A stretch of DNA of 64,000 nucleotides. Origin: Octopus sinensis (lineage: Eukaryota). Below the pieces are notes generated by a model that was not told where the DNA came from, did not search any database, and saw only the letters and a list, made by a program, of their open reading frames with translations. Location: the NCBI RefSeq assembly GCF_006345805.1, contig NC_042997.1, positions 106,268,001-106,332,000 of the forward strand. The letters run 5' to 3'. Made by a program: the position numbers and the translations under genes. Position 1 is the first letter of the stretch. Each line of letters begins with the position of its first letter. Of the stretch, positions 1-13,000 are shown piece by piece.

Positions 1-319
1 ATTTTACTACGCACATTTATGTTCTTTTATGATTATTTATTTCTGGCCTGTGTATGTTCCAAGCACGATTTTGTTTGAGATTATTATAGAATGTGAACAA
101 GAAAAACACAAGGAAAATTCTTTTACATATTTATATTCCTCTAATTCTCTTCTGTTTTTTTTTTCTCTTTCCTGCTCATCTCCTTTTCATTCCATAACTT
201 TGTTTGGACTGAAAACAAACTCGGTATGCCAGCTCAGTCTATCATCCTTCCAAAGTGAAATGCATCTTTGATTGCTTGTGTTTGTGATTCCCTTATTTTG
301 TTAGTGTGATGTTTTGCAG

Positions 320-463
320 GCATCTGAAAAAGACACATCTGACGGTGCTCCATCTGGTATCAGAAGCGTTAAGGACCAAGCCAAACATCTGAACAAACTA
401 CAATCAGAAAGTGACCTGCAGAAACTAACTAGCCGAAAGCATGACAAATCAAAATCTGACAAA
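320..463 (+). CDS. SOWAH: Internal coding exon, 144 nt, phase 0-0: ASEKDTSDGAPSGIRSVKDQAKHLNKLQSESDLQKLTSRKHDKSKSDK
   Basis: Acceptor gatgttttgcag at 308-319 and donor GTAAGC at 464. Coding-like composition inside a pyrimidine-rich flank, and in frame with the next exon. Linkage to SOWAH is inferred from strand and phase. Confidence 0.75.
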
Positions 464-3089
464 GTAAGCTGCTCCCACACCATCATCATCTTCCTCTTCA
501 TCTCTGAACAACAGCTGCCTGTGTGTTGTAGCTTCTCTTGGCTGAAAACTTAACCATATCTGAATAAATTCTGTCTTTTTCTCTCATTCTCTCTTACTTG
601 CATATCTTCTCTCAGTTTCTCTCTTGTGACTAACTCATATTGCAGTAAATTAGCTCATTTCTTTAAAAGTACACCTGGTTTGTCAACTATATTGCTTTAG
701 GTTATTATTGTTGTTTGTTGTTGTCATCCTCATTGTTATTTCCTTATTTTTTTCTCTTTGGCTATTTTCTGCTCATTCATCTTATAACCACGCTTTTTGC
801 ACTTTCTTCTCATCATCTCTGATGCCATCTATTGTAGAGTGCTCATTCTCAACTCTAAATCTCACATTTCATTGCACTTGCCTTCTGTTTTCCTTTTTAT
901 TTGTACATTTATTCTTTTATCTATTCACTGGCACCACTGAATGTTTTCTTTTTTTTTTTTTTTACCATTAATCATTCTTCAGATGGCATTTGTTTTGGGG
1001 GAACACTTTTTTTTTTTTTTTGTCTTTATGACCAACCAGCCAAATTTGAACATAAATGTTGTCGCCACTTTCATTCAACTTCTATTTTGCTTGCATGAAT
1101 CCATTTACCGTAAAATCCAGCAGTTCTTCATTTACTGCTTTAATGTTTCATTACTCTTTCATTTCATATTTCTTTTTGTTGTTGTCTCTCTTTTCTATTT
1201 TCATGAGTTCATTTTCTCTCTGCTTATCATAAAACTTCATCGTGGTCTTTTCCCCTCTTAGTACATAGCATTGATGGAGCAGAAAAACAAAAAAAAAGGA
1301 AAAAATTAAAAGAAACATAAAAACATTTCCATTGAAGTTTGTGCTTCTAGTGAACTGGTCAGGCTTGATGTACTTTTCTTGAACCAGTTTCTTTTTTTTT
1401 TCTTTTTTTTTTTTTGTGACTTGGCATTATAGTCATTTAAATAAGTTTCTGAAATCTTCATGCATGTGTTCCAAGTTCACATCTTATCTCTGTTGTTCCA
1501 GTTATGTCTTGAGATCTAGACAACTAACACTTTTTACCTCACACTACCTAAGTGGAAAATAGGTGTAAATCTATCATGGTTATTTATCATATCATCGATA
1601 TATTTTTTTTATTAATAATATAGTTTTATTTCTTACCTAATTATAGAATGTGAAAAAGAGGAAACAAAATGAAAATTTTTTTTACATATCTTCACTCTTT
1701 CAGTACTCTCCTGTACTTTCTTTGCCTTTCTCATCATTTATTTCTTTTCCATTCCATGCCTGTATTTGGACTGAAAATAAAGGCAATATTCCAGCTCATT
1801 TTGTATTCTTTTCAAATTGAAATTATTCTTCCATTGTTTGAGTTTTTGAGATAGACAAACAGATTAGCTTTCAACATAATATATATCAGTGATCTTGACA
1901 TTGTCGCTTTGGCAGCAGTTTGTTGTTGTTTAGACTCATGTCAGACCTGATCAATCAAACCTGTGGTACGTAGGTAGTCATCTAAGTGGTTGGTATAATC
2001 CCTGTCTCCATCATTCCATTTTCTGTTCTGGAATATTATATCCATAACCAAGTTATCCAGCATATTCATCCATTTTTAAAATGGTAGGGTGAAGTTTGAG
2101 GAAGATTTGGTAACTTTTAGAGGTTATTTTCATTGGCTCAGGAATTATACATATAAGCATTCATGTATGCATTGATGTAACCAACACTTGATATACATAC
2201 TTTCCATGTAATTTTATTCAATCTTTGCAATTTCTCCTATGTTCTGTTCATAAAACCACAAAAATCAACACACAGCACCTGTTTTTTCCCTGACTTTAAA
2301 TTCTACCTGTTTTGGTGAAACTTAAGTATCAGTTTTGTTGTATCTTGGAAGGGTCGTTATGCCAATAATAAACATATTCACTGGTTCTGTTCCACTTTAT
2401 TTTTATTAATTATTCAGTTGATTAATCAATCAGCTGGGTTTGTCAAAGTAACTTTTGTCACAATTTGCAACCTCATCAATGACAAGCTCTCTCTGCTTCA
2501 GGTTTGTCTGAAGTGACATCGAACCCATGTGTGTATTTATTATTGGCATAATGACCCTCCTGAGATACAACAAAACATGCTTCAACACACAAATTCATAT
2601 CAAGAATCTTGCAAACCAAATACAAAAATCATATACCCTGTAATTTCCAAACCTACTTTTTGAACCCTTTCTTACTATCAGTAGTGTACTCTTTAAAATA
2701 AATATTCCAAAATGACAGAAATGGTTTTGCAATGTATTGAGTTCCACTTGTCTACATTGATTGTATTGAGTTCCACTTGTGTACATTTTGAGTCCAAATC
2801 CCAGCAGGGATGCTTTACATCACAAAAATATTGGTAAGTGCAAAACTTTCAGCAATTTAGTGGAGCTTATTCAGTTGACTCAAACCATACAAATGTGTTG
2901 TGTAGTTCCAGTTGAAGAAATTAATCACTCATTCAGGTATATGTGGTTAAGAAGTTTGCTTCACAATGACATAGTTTAATCTTAATGTGAGCACCCTAGG
3001 CAAGTGTCTTCTTCTATAGCCTCTAGTTGACCAACACCTTGACAACATAGAATTTGGTTGACATAAAATGTGCAGAAGTTTGCCATATG

Positions 3090-3120
<31 letters not shown>

Positions 3121-3379
3121 TAGAAGAATTGCTAAAATAGCCCTTTGTGTGTCATATTTAATATGAGTACATCTTGCAAAGGCAAATTTACTGCAGCATT
3201 TGTCCAAGAATAACATCTCTTATAGACATCTGAGAACAGTTTTCATCTCCCTGCAATATATATATATATACACACATATTGTGTTTTTAAACACACCCCA
3301 TCCTTAAGAGATGTTATCTTGGGACAAATACTGCTGTAAACCCACTTTTCAATGATGTTTTTGTGATACATGAATGGTT

Positions 3380-3438
<59 letters not shown>

Positions 3439-3596
3439 CCTTGGTAAATTTGATAGATGGAAACATGTCTGGCTAAAGGCAATTGTTAGCTTGCTTGGGA
3501 AGAAGTGAGGGTTGGCACAGGAAGGGTATGTAGCCATAGAAAATCTGCCTCAACAAATTCTGTCTGGCCCATGCAAGCATGGAAAAGTGGTTGATA

Positions 3597-3627
<31 letters not shown>

Positions 3628-4185
3628 CACTGACTAGTTTATGTTATCCCCATTTTTTTCTCAGTATCTTAACAATTCTACACATAGTTCATATTTCAGT
3701 CAGATACTCGTTAATCTCTGTGGTCAATACTATTGACTAAACCCTTGAAGGTACCATCCACCATGGCCAAAATTCTATGGCTGCAAAGAGTAAAACACAA
3801 TCTGAAAATTTAAAGGGTGTTACATGCACACAGCGAAAAGCTATGTCCAAATCCCTACCTGTTGGAACCTGAACAGTTTATCTATAACCTTAAGTCTTTA
3901 ATACTATTAAGAAAAGCAAAGATGTCAAAATAACCACTTCGTTTAGTATTAGATTTCTCTGTCAAATGTAATCCTTATTTATTCACATTGATTTGAATTA
4001 GTCATGCATTACTTTGTAGCTTTGAGATTTCAATGACATGATTGTTTATTTTTAGAGTTATGTTGTAGGCAGATTATTTGGGTTGGATATGGCTGGTTTA
4101 ATACTAATATTCTACAAATTATATGTTCAATCCAGCCATATCTGGCCTGTCACTCCTATCATACAATGTTACTGAAAAATAAGAA

Positions 4186-4568
4186 GGCGTAGGAGTGGCT
4201 GTGTGGTAAGTAGCTTGCTTACGAACCACATGGTTCCAGGTTCAGTCCCACTGCGTAGCACCTTGGGCAAGTGTCTTCAACTATAGCCTCAGGCCGACCA
4301 AAGCCTTGTGAGAGGATTTGGTAGACGGTAACTGAAAGAAGCCCGTCATATATATGTATGTATATGTATGTGTGTGTGTATACGTTTGTGTGTCTGTGTT
4401 TGTCCTCCCAACATCACTTGACAACTGATGCTGGTGTGTTTACATCCCCGTAACTTAGCAGTTCAGCAAAAGAGACCAATAGAATAAGTACTGGGCTTAC
4501 AAAGAATAAGTCCTGGGGTCGATTTGGTCCACCATGGCCAGTCAAATGACTGAAACAAGTAAAAGAGT
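4186..4568 (+). mobile_element. tRNA-derived SINE, family A (near full length)
   Basis: A-box-like TGGCTGTGTGG, B-box-like GGTTCAGTCCC, central (TA/CA)n, 3' end CAGTCAAATGACTGAAACAAGTAAAAGAG; many copies in the window. Confidence 0.9.
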
Positions 4569-4654
4569 AATCATATCATCAAAATCTCAAAGCTAATGAG
4601 ATAATGCATGATTAATTCAAAACAGTGTAAATGAATAAGCATTATGTCTGATGA

Positions 4655-4990
4655 AGGCACATGGCTCTGTGGTTAGTGTGTCAGGCTCACAATCATGAGG
4701 TAGTGAGTTTGATTCCCTGGACTGGGCCGTGTGTTGTGTTCTTGAGCAAGACACTTTATTTCATATTGCTCCAGTTCACTCAGCTGTAGAAATGAGTTGT
4801 GACATCACTGGGGGCAAGATATATTGGCCTTAGCCTTTCCTTTGGGCAACATTGGTGGTGTGTAAAGAGGAGATTGGTATGCTTGGTTGACTGCTAGTCT
4901 TCCATAAACAACCTTGCCCGGACTTGTACATCAGAGAGGAATTTTCTAAGTGCAATCCCATGATCATTCATGACTGAAGAGGGTCTTTAC
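4655..4990 (+). mobile_element. tRNA-derived SINE, family C
   Basis: Head GGCACATGGCTCTGTGGTTAG...GAGTTTGATTCCC, body TGTGTTCTTGAGCAAGACACTT. Relatives near 36090 (-), 37850, 43133, 44350, 61405 and 62250. Confidence 0.75.
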
Positions 4991-6621
4991 TTTTTACATT
5001 TGACTGAATAATCTGAGTCTAAAGGGTTAAACATAAAACCTTTAGTCTAGTCAAAAGAAATATTTTGTTTCAGGTGGTAGCAAATTTAACAAGTGACTTT
5101 GGAGCACAGACTGGACACCTACTTTGGTGTCTTTCATATGTATATACTTATATATTTATATACATGTGTGTGTGTGTGTGTATTACTGTAGTAACCTTCC
5201 TCCTAAAATTGCTGGTTACCTTGAGCTTTTTAGACTTACGTGGCAATAACATGTTACTTGTTTTCTTAACCTGTCAACCACTGTTACCAGCCTAACAACT
5301 GTTACTTCACTAATTTTGTACCATCGTTTACAAGATTAACATCAAACTTATCTTATGTAAACAGACTTTTCTTTACTGTTTTTGCTGAAGAATGTTGGGA
5401 AACCCATTATTTCATTTCTAATTTATGAAATTAAGGGATCAACATCTATAGCTTCTGAATGTACCAATAAAATACTGCCAAATTCTACAAACTTCTTTGC
5501 TGAGGCCAATATTATTTTAACCTTGCTTACCAAGTATAATTACCTACCAATGTTTATTAACCTAACTTCTTGTTCACTACACGTCCCACTACATGCTATA
5601 TTTAGTCCCACATAGCTATTCTCTGAATTCAAACTCCAGCAACCTTATATTACAGTGCCTACAGGAGGTTTTTTTCACAAATAAGGCTAAATATATATCT
5701 CCTGCAAATCATAAGAGGATGTTAAACGAAATGTCAAATGAAAGAACCAATAGCCTCAGACAGTCTCCTGTTATTTTCACTGGAGAGTATGCCACTTGTC
5801 TAATCAACAGAACCATTCATTCATTATATTATAAAGTAAAAGGTTAAGTTTCAACTGCCATTTGTACTTTTAATGTAATCTTCAGGGAGAATCAGTGTAG
5901 CTGAGTGGTTTAGTTTGTTTCAAAATCATTGGGTTCAAAGGTACAATCCCACATTGTAGTACTTTGAACAAATGTCTATTTCTACTATAGCCTCTGGTTG
6001 ACCAATATTTTTTGTGGTGTTAGGATGATGAAAACTGTGAGAAGCCTGTCATACACACACACACACACACTCTTACATATGTTAGCAGACATGTGCTTCT
6101 TCTATGTTAATAGTCATGCAAACTGTATGATGGTCTCACTACTTCTGGTGGCATAAAAAAAGAAAGCTCCCAGTATATGCTGTATAGTGGTTAGTGTTAA
6201 GGACATGCAGTTATAGAAACCATGCCAAAGCAACTACTGGACTAGAATATGATGCAATCCTTGGAACCATCAGATCCTGTCAAACCATCCAAATACTGCT
6301 AAGCATTTTGTCTAGCATGCTAACAATTCTGCCAGCCCACTGCCTTTGAGCCAGTTCAAGAATAAAAAATTATGATGTATGAAAAGGCTGGCCTTTGGAA
6401 TTAAAAGTATATCTCACTTGATGGATGTCCATCCAGTTTGCATCTGTACAATTTTACTCAGACTTTTTGGCTAACCCAAGGTTGTGGTAGAAGCTATTTG
6501 TTCAAGGAATCAGACAGTAAGATTGAACCAAAGATTTCACGAGTGTAAAGCAAACTTCTTAATTATTCGGCCAGGTACTTGCCTGTCTGATATGTGATGT
6601 AATTGTATCTAAGAGATTATA

Positions 6622-7057
6622 CAGGGTGGACCAAAATGATGACACATTTGGAGGCTTAATAAAAGCACAAAGAAATAATGAAAAGAAAAATTTTATTTTC
6701 TGAATGTACATATTTCTCCTGGAATGGTTGCTATTTTTATACAAATTGCATGTTTTAATTCATCAATAGATCGAGGGCAATGACTGAATACTTTTGATTT
6801 TAAATACCCCCACAAGAAGAAATCACATTTCACCATTCCAGAAGAAATGATCCATAGAGTTATTGATAGCTTTCATGAATGTCTCCAACGGTGTGTTGAC
6901 AATGATGGGAAGCATTTAGCTGATTTAATTTTTAAAACTTAATGAAATAAAATGGCATTATATGTACATTCAGAAAATAAAATTTTTCTTTTCATTATTT
7001 CTTATTTTGTGCTTTTATGAAGCCTCCAAATGTGTCAGATCATTTTGGTCCACACTG
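6622..7057 (+). mobile_element. Non-autonomous Tc1/mariner-superfamily element with about 100-bp TIRs
   Basis: TA|CAGGGTGGACCAAAATGAT...ATCATTTTGGTCCACACTG|TA. The interior keeps the transposase C-terminus IPEEMIHRVIDSFHECLQRCVDNDGKHLADLIFKT*. Confidence 0.88.
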
Positions 7058-7396
7058 TACTTCTTGTTTTATTGACAGTATTTATTAAAGCAAAGCTATG
7101 CAGTATGGTAAAATGGCTATTGAGGTTCAGAAGAACGTATAGTAGTATTGGGGTTGTTGATTGTAATAGTTTGCAGATATTGCTATATATTTGTATGTGA
7201 GTGGATTAAATGAAAGTTCAAGGATTTGATTTTGTTGTTGAAACTGCTAATTATGAGATATGGTTAGCTTGATGATAATTAGCTAGTGTATGTGTTGCAT
7301 AATATTAATTGCAATCTAAAACAGTTTGTTTTATATATGTAGATAGGTATTTCTTGCAAAAACAGTGCTCTTTCCCCTCTCTCTGCCCCTTCTCTT

Positions 7397-7436
<40 letters not shown>

Positions 7437-7695
7437 CTTCATAGTCACTCATAAATCTGCTACTAAAAAACAATTTAAGAAGAAATAAGCTAAAATTAAT
7501 CATTAATGATTTTAAAATGTGTATCTGTGTCTTAATTAAGCATAACATATTGAATTAACATTTATTTCAGAAGCAAAATTAACAAATTGCAGCAAAGGCT
7601 GCTAGGAGAAGCAGTGTTATGTTATTGAGAGGGTTATTAAACATTGGAGTTTTTTTTATGATATTTTTGTTTGTTTTTTCTTTATTTACAAATCC

Positions 7696-7729
<34 letters not shown>

Positions 7730-8309
7730 TTGTTTTTTCAGTTTACAGCACTCCTTTCACATCACATACTACTTTAATTATCATTCATCCAGCTCACTTG
7801 TTTTTATGAACGCATAAGTTTACCTTTTAATATTTCCCCTCATAAAGGCAGTGAGCTTTGCACATGGGCAAAATGCTTAGCAGCATTTTGTCCTTCCTTA
7901 TGTTCTGAGTTCAAATTCTACCGAGGTCAACTTTGCCTTCCATCATTTCAGTGTCAATAAAATAAGTACCAGCTGAGTACTAGGGTCGATGTAATTGACT
8001 TACTCTCTACTCTGAACTTGCTCGCATTGTACCATAGTTTGAAACCACCGTTCCCCCTCATACTGCCCTGAATTCTCTTCTGTACCCAATGATACCAGCC
8101 CACAACATAACTCCTCCACCCTGTTGTTGACGTCGTAAATGTTGGTGAGGCACATCTCCAAAATAGACCCAACAATTCATCCAACCGTCAGGTCCATCAA
8201 GGGTCACTCTGGAAAAGATGTTTCCCTGGAGCTAAATAACAGTAACATTATCCTTGTATGGGACTGTCACATTATGTTGACACATAAACTTTACTATGTT
8301 GTTGCCTGA

Positions 8310-8570
8310 CTAGCTCCTGGGCCGGTGGCACATAAAAAGCACCATTCGAGTGTCGTCGTTGCCAATGCTGCCTCACTGGCCCTCATGCCAGTGGCACATA
8401 AAGGGCACCCACTACACTCAGAGTGGTTGACATTAAGAAGGGCATCCAGCTGTAGAAACTTTGCCAGATCAGACTGGAGCCTGGTGCAGCTTTCTGGCTC
8501 ACCAGTCCTCAGTCAAACCGTCCAACCCATGGAAAGTGGACGTTAAACAACGATGATGATGGTGATGATG
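8310..8570 (+). mobile_element. Isolated RTE 3'-UTR/tail fragment
   Basis: GTGGCACATAAAAAGCACC...GAGTGGTTGACATTAAGAAGGGCATCCAGCTGTAGAAAC...CGTCCAACCCATGGAAAGTGGACGTTAAAC plus (GAT)n. Similar tails near 3500, 6130, 31380, 36860, 58275 (+) and 54321 (-). Confidence 0.85.
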
Positions 8571-8689
8571 ATATCACCATCCACTATCTAGACACACAGA
8601 TTATCTTAAGTTGGGGATTTGTAGGTCTCGGCTAGTCATTCGACTGATTATCTACACCTGCTCTATTAAGACTGATCCCTGTCTAATTA

Positions 8690-9269
8690 AACCTCTCTCT
8701 CTCTCTCTCTCACACCACACACCCACATGCACCTTCATGCTACTTTTCCATCTCTTTCCCTCTTACTACTCTCAACTGGTTTTTTTCTCTTTTAGGTACC
8801 TCTTTTCATTCTTAATCTCCAGCTTTTTTTTATAGTCTTTGGCTCTCTTTTGTCATACCTGATTCTCCACAGCCACTCTTACCAGTATGCAGTCCTTACC
8901 CCATCCCACCCTCATTTCCCTTCTCTCCTCAAACTATTACTCTTTCTCTCTTTTGTCTCTCACCAACCTTCCCCTCTATACTATTCTATCTTTCTTTTTT
9001 CCCTTCTACCATAAAACTGTCCTTAGCTCCTTTCACCCTTCCTTCACACCCCAGCACACTCTGCATTTTTTCCTTCCCCAATCTCTCTTTGTCTCTATAT
9101 AGTTCTTAACCCCCTCCTCTCCTCTTCTGATTAATCCTACCTCTACCTCTCTCTCTTCCTCCTTCATACTTGCTCTTAGTTTCCTATCTCTCTTCCCTAC
9201 TTCAAACTGACCTTTCTCTCACACTTTTCTCTTTCCCTCTGCATTCCACCATTACACTAACAACACACA

Positions 9270-9302
<33 letters not shown>

Positions 9303-9830
9303 CTTTCTCCCTCCCTTTTTCTTTCTCCACTTCCCTCCCTCTTTCTCTCCCCTCCCTCCCTTTTTCTCTTTCGTTCCCTCTTTCCCTCCCTCTTTCTCTC
9401 CCCCTCTCTCTTTCTCCCACTCCCTCTCTTTTTCTCTTTCTCTTTTATTTTTCATTTTCCCTTGTTCCCCACCCTTTTCACTCATTCCAATCCTCAGTCT
9501 TCCTTCAAATAAACCTTATCTCTCTATAGCATATTTTTTTTTTGTTCTCTCTTACTCTTCCTCCCACTTTTTCATTCCTCCTTCACACCTTTTTATTTCT
9601 ATCCTTCTTTTCCTCCCCATTCCTCTTTCACAATCATCATTGCCCCCCTCCACACACACACCCACCATTATTTACCATTTCTTCTCCACCCCCCAGCCAC
9701 ACCTCATTTAAAAGTTGAAAATATTGATCTGAGAAACTAAGCTAAAATAAAACACAATAACCAACACTCCCATTGCACTGTCTCTCTCTCTCTCTCTCTC
9801 TCCTACCACCCCTCTTCTCTCTTTTGACAT
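8690..9830. repeat. About 1.1-kb strand-asymmetric polypyrimidine region with (CT)n runs
   Basis: Almost only C/T on the + strand at 9270-9480; the ORFs here are low-complexity artefacts. Confidence 0.9.
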
Positions 9831-10581
9831 TTGCTTATTATGTATATACTGACTTATTAACCATATATACAATTAGCATGTCTTTGCACCTTGTATTTCA
9901 CAACATGGAAAATTAATTACACTTGCAGTTTCTCGGTTCTCGTTACCAATCATGCATGGTTTTGTAGCCTGTTCAAATTACAATGTTGTTATTGTTGATT
10001 TTTGTTTTGAAAGAAAAATGTTTATAGATTTTTTTTTCTATCTTTCTTTTGTCTTTCGGTTGTTTTTATTAAATATTATTGTTTGTTTTTCTGGCTTGAT
10101 ATTTCATTTTGCTTTTTTTTTTTCAGCATTCTTTAAAGATTCTAAAGGCGGGTATACTCACACATTTGTATAAATTCTTTACACACATATGTCAAAAAAG
10201 GGGAGCTTCAAAGGTTCTTGTTGTTTAGCCCCAGGTCAACGCTGATCAAGGAGACTTGTGATTAAAAGCATTCCTGTTGTAACCATTTCAACATTTGGGT
10301 TAGATCTAGAACTATATTATCTAATATACCATATCCTTTATTTAAAACTGTAGATGTGTGGTAGGTAATGTGAAGAATATTTGGTTGCTATTTCTATCAA
10401 ACTGATACACCACCATGTAAAGCCTTTCTCACTGGCTCAACCTTAGAAGTTGCTTAAACTATTTAATGTATCAGCAAAATCAACACACTCATTTATCATT
10501 TTTAATGTTTTGGGGGTTTTTATTTTTAAATAGGTATCTCTTAATTCAAACAATACAACCACTTGAAAAAGTCTTTATTAA

Positions 10582-10804
10582 CCCTTTAGCATTTAAACCA
10601 ACTATGTCTGGCCCAAAATTTTCCGCCTATTTAATTTTCAAACTGGCCAGATTTGATCTCTCACTCCTAGGCAACAATGTCATTCAAAACATAAACAATC
10701 ACATCATTGAAATTTCAAAACTACAAAGATAATGCATAATTAATTCAAATCAATGTTAATTAAATATGTATTATATTTGATACAGTAATCTGAATGCTGA
10801 AGGG
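10582..10804. mobile_element. piggyBac-type MITE (223 bp), complete
   Basis: TTAA|CCCTTTAGCATT...AATGCTGAAGGG|TTAA. Relatives at about 3950-4110, 4120-5026, 35962-36462 and 54293-54665, several interrupted by nested insertions. Confidence 0.85.
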
Positions 10805-12384
10805 TTAAAGGCTTTATTCAACATAAAACCATAAATAACAATATAATACTTCTCCAGAAGTACACACAGAACACAGGGCTACATTCCTGATAAAAACTTA
10901 GCAAAGTTTGTTAATTGTTGTGAATGGCTTCCTCTATTATAATGAGATTGCATATAACACTAATCAACAAAGAAAGTGCTAAACTCAAATCTGGTCTTTC
11001 TTTTTATAATAGACTAATTAATTTAGTTCACTGTTTGAGTTGATTCCTTTCTAAGATAATTACAAATTCCTTCATGTTAGTAACTAGGAATTAACTGGTT
11101 TGACATACATAATTTGTAGCAAATAATTTTCACAGCAAATCTACTATATGTGTCTTAATGAAGATAGTATTGCTATACTTGATTAAGAGTCTCTATGTGA
11201 AAGATATGTTCAAACAAAGCTTATAAAGGGCTGTCCAACAACTGCAACACTTGCATTCACATAAATTGCAAAGCTCATAAGGGTCATTGGGTTTTAGCAG
11301 TTGTCTTGAAAGTTTTTTCATGTTATTTTTCTTTCATCATGTATAGTAAATCCATAGCTTATTGTTTTGTAAGAACAACATTCAAGACTCCATTTTCATG
11401 TGTGCCCAGAAGTCAGTGTAGCAAAATACTCATCAACCTTAGAGTACTCCCCCTATTTAGAGCAGTCCCATACTAAAGAAAATAATAAAGGAAAGAAAGA
11501 ACCTGTTTGCAGGTAAGCTATTGAAGGAGTTCATATGGTTGCTCAATCATGTAAAAATAACAGCTAAATCCTCTTCAAATTACAGCCTACTATCTTAAAA
11601 AAAAAAAACAGGATACATTGGAAAATATTATCTAAGCACACCTCCCCAAAACAAAACAATGATCATTACTAGAAAACATTTGATCATTACTAGAAAACAT
11701 TTGATTACAATTCTGAAATCTACTTAGTGTTGATTTATGTTTGATTAACTACGATAGCAACAAATGTTGCTATCGTAGTTTTGAAAACAATGCATCAGTA
11801 CCTTCATTTCTATAGGCACACAGTAAAATTCCAGTTACAAATTTATACATCAGAGAATCAAGACTTATGGTATTCTACTAATGCTCTTCAGCAAGGCTTA
11901 GAAATTGAACCTTCTTATTTCATTCCCTTCTAATCATAGATCTTCATGAATAAGAAAGAATTCTATTTTGATTATACAGTGTCAGGGAAAGAAAATTTCT
12001 ATGTAGTCAGTCAACTTGCTAGAAATAGTATCTAAATTTCCTTCAAATTCACTCTTGATTTTAAAAATATGTAAAGGATAATTAGATAATGTAGTTATCA
12101 GTGCACTATACCACAAAAGCAAGAGAAAAGCAAATGGATGCATATAACTGTAACATCTTTGTTGATTTGGGAGCTAAACAACTTTTAAAATTGATGTTTT
12201 AAAAAGTGTCAAAATACTTTACAAAATTTATTCACCATTGAGGGCTTGTATTATTTTCATGGTTTGTTTCGCTTTTTTTTAAAAACATTTATATATATAT
12301 ATGTAAATGTTGCCATGTTGGATCGTTAGCCCCTACACCCAATTTTTTTTCTCCTTGTTTCTCTCCTTGTTTCTTTTCTGTGTA

Positions 12385-12422
12385 TCTTTCTGTCGAAGAG
12401 CGTAGGCTCGAAACGTAAAAGA
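12385..12422 (+). ncRNA. Minimal type I hammerhead-like ribozyme motif (A6U core variant) in a short element at about 12303-12549 flanked by (TA)n
   Basis: TCTTT-CTGTCGA-A-GAGC-gtag-GCTC-GAAAC-GT-A-AAAGA: stem I TCTTT/AAAGA, stem II GAGC/GCTC, palindromic stem III ACGT, GUA site. Confidence 0.6.
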
Positions 12423-12629
12423 CTTGTTTTATTTCTATTCCTGAGCACAATACTAATACATTATTTGTTTGTACTCCACCTGCCTTCGTCTTTTGTTTAT
12501 TTTCATAAACCTGCCTTCGTCTTTTGTTTATTTTCGTAAACCTTCCCGTTATATATATATATATATATGTATGTTTGTATAAATGTAGATACTAATTCTT
12601 AAACTGCCATATGTAAATACCTGTCACAC

Positions 12630-13000
12630 CAAAATTTGTTGATAAACTAAAGGCATCTAAATTTATCTTTTCAACACATAGCCAAGCTATCTTATCCTGT
12701 TTCTCTTCACAGTACCTGTCACGAGTTCTAATTCCATCATTTTCTGCAATTCATTGTTTACCTTTTCTTTCAGCAAAACTCCACTCATTCATTATAGCAT
12801 TCTCATTTCCATTCTTTCCATTCTTCCTTCAAGGATCAGAATGTTTGATGTTTATTACTTGTGTCTCACCCCCATATATAATAACACTCTTCACATATGC
12901 AGTGTACACATTTCTCTTCAGATTCAATGACACATTCTTCCACTCAGTTCTCAGAACTTCGCCGTCACTGAATCAGATCCATTTGCTCCATTTAACATCT
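12630..13000 (-). mobile_element. Ancient RTE-like LINE remnant (post-RT region)
   Basis: Degenerate peptide NLKRNVYTAYVKSVIIYG...MEMRML..MSGVLLKEKVNNELQKMM...NRIR.LGYVLKR resembles the RTE C-terminus. Confidence 0.65.

Noticed and set aside
4186-4260. tRNA genes
   Set aside because: A/B-box-like heads belong to SINEs, continue into SINE bodies and do not form complete cloverleaves.
9170-9529. Ser/Leu/Pro-rich and Glu/Arg/Gly-rich ORFs
   Set aside because: Translations of the (CT)n/(GA)n polypyrimidine region.
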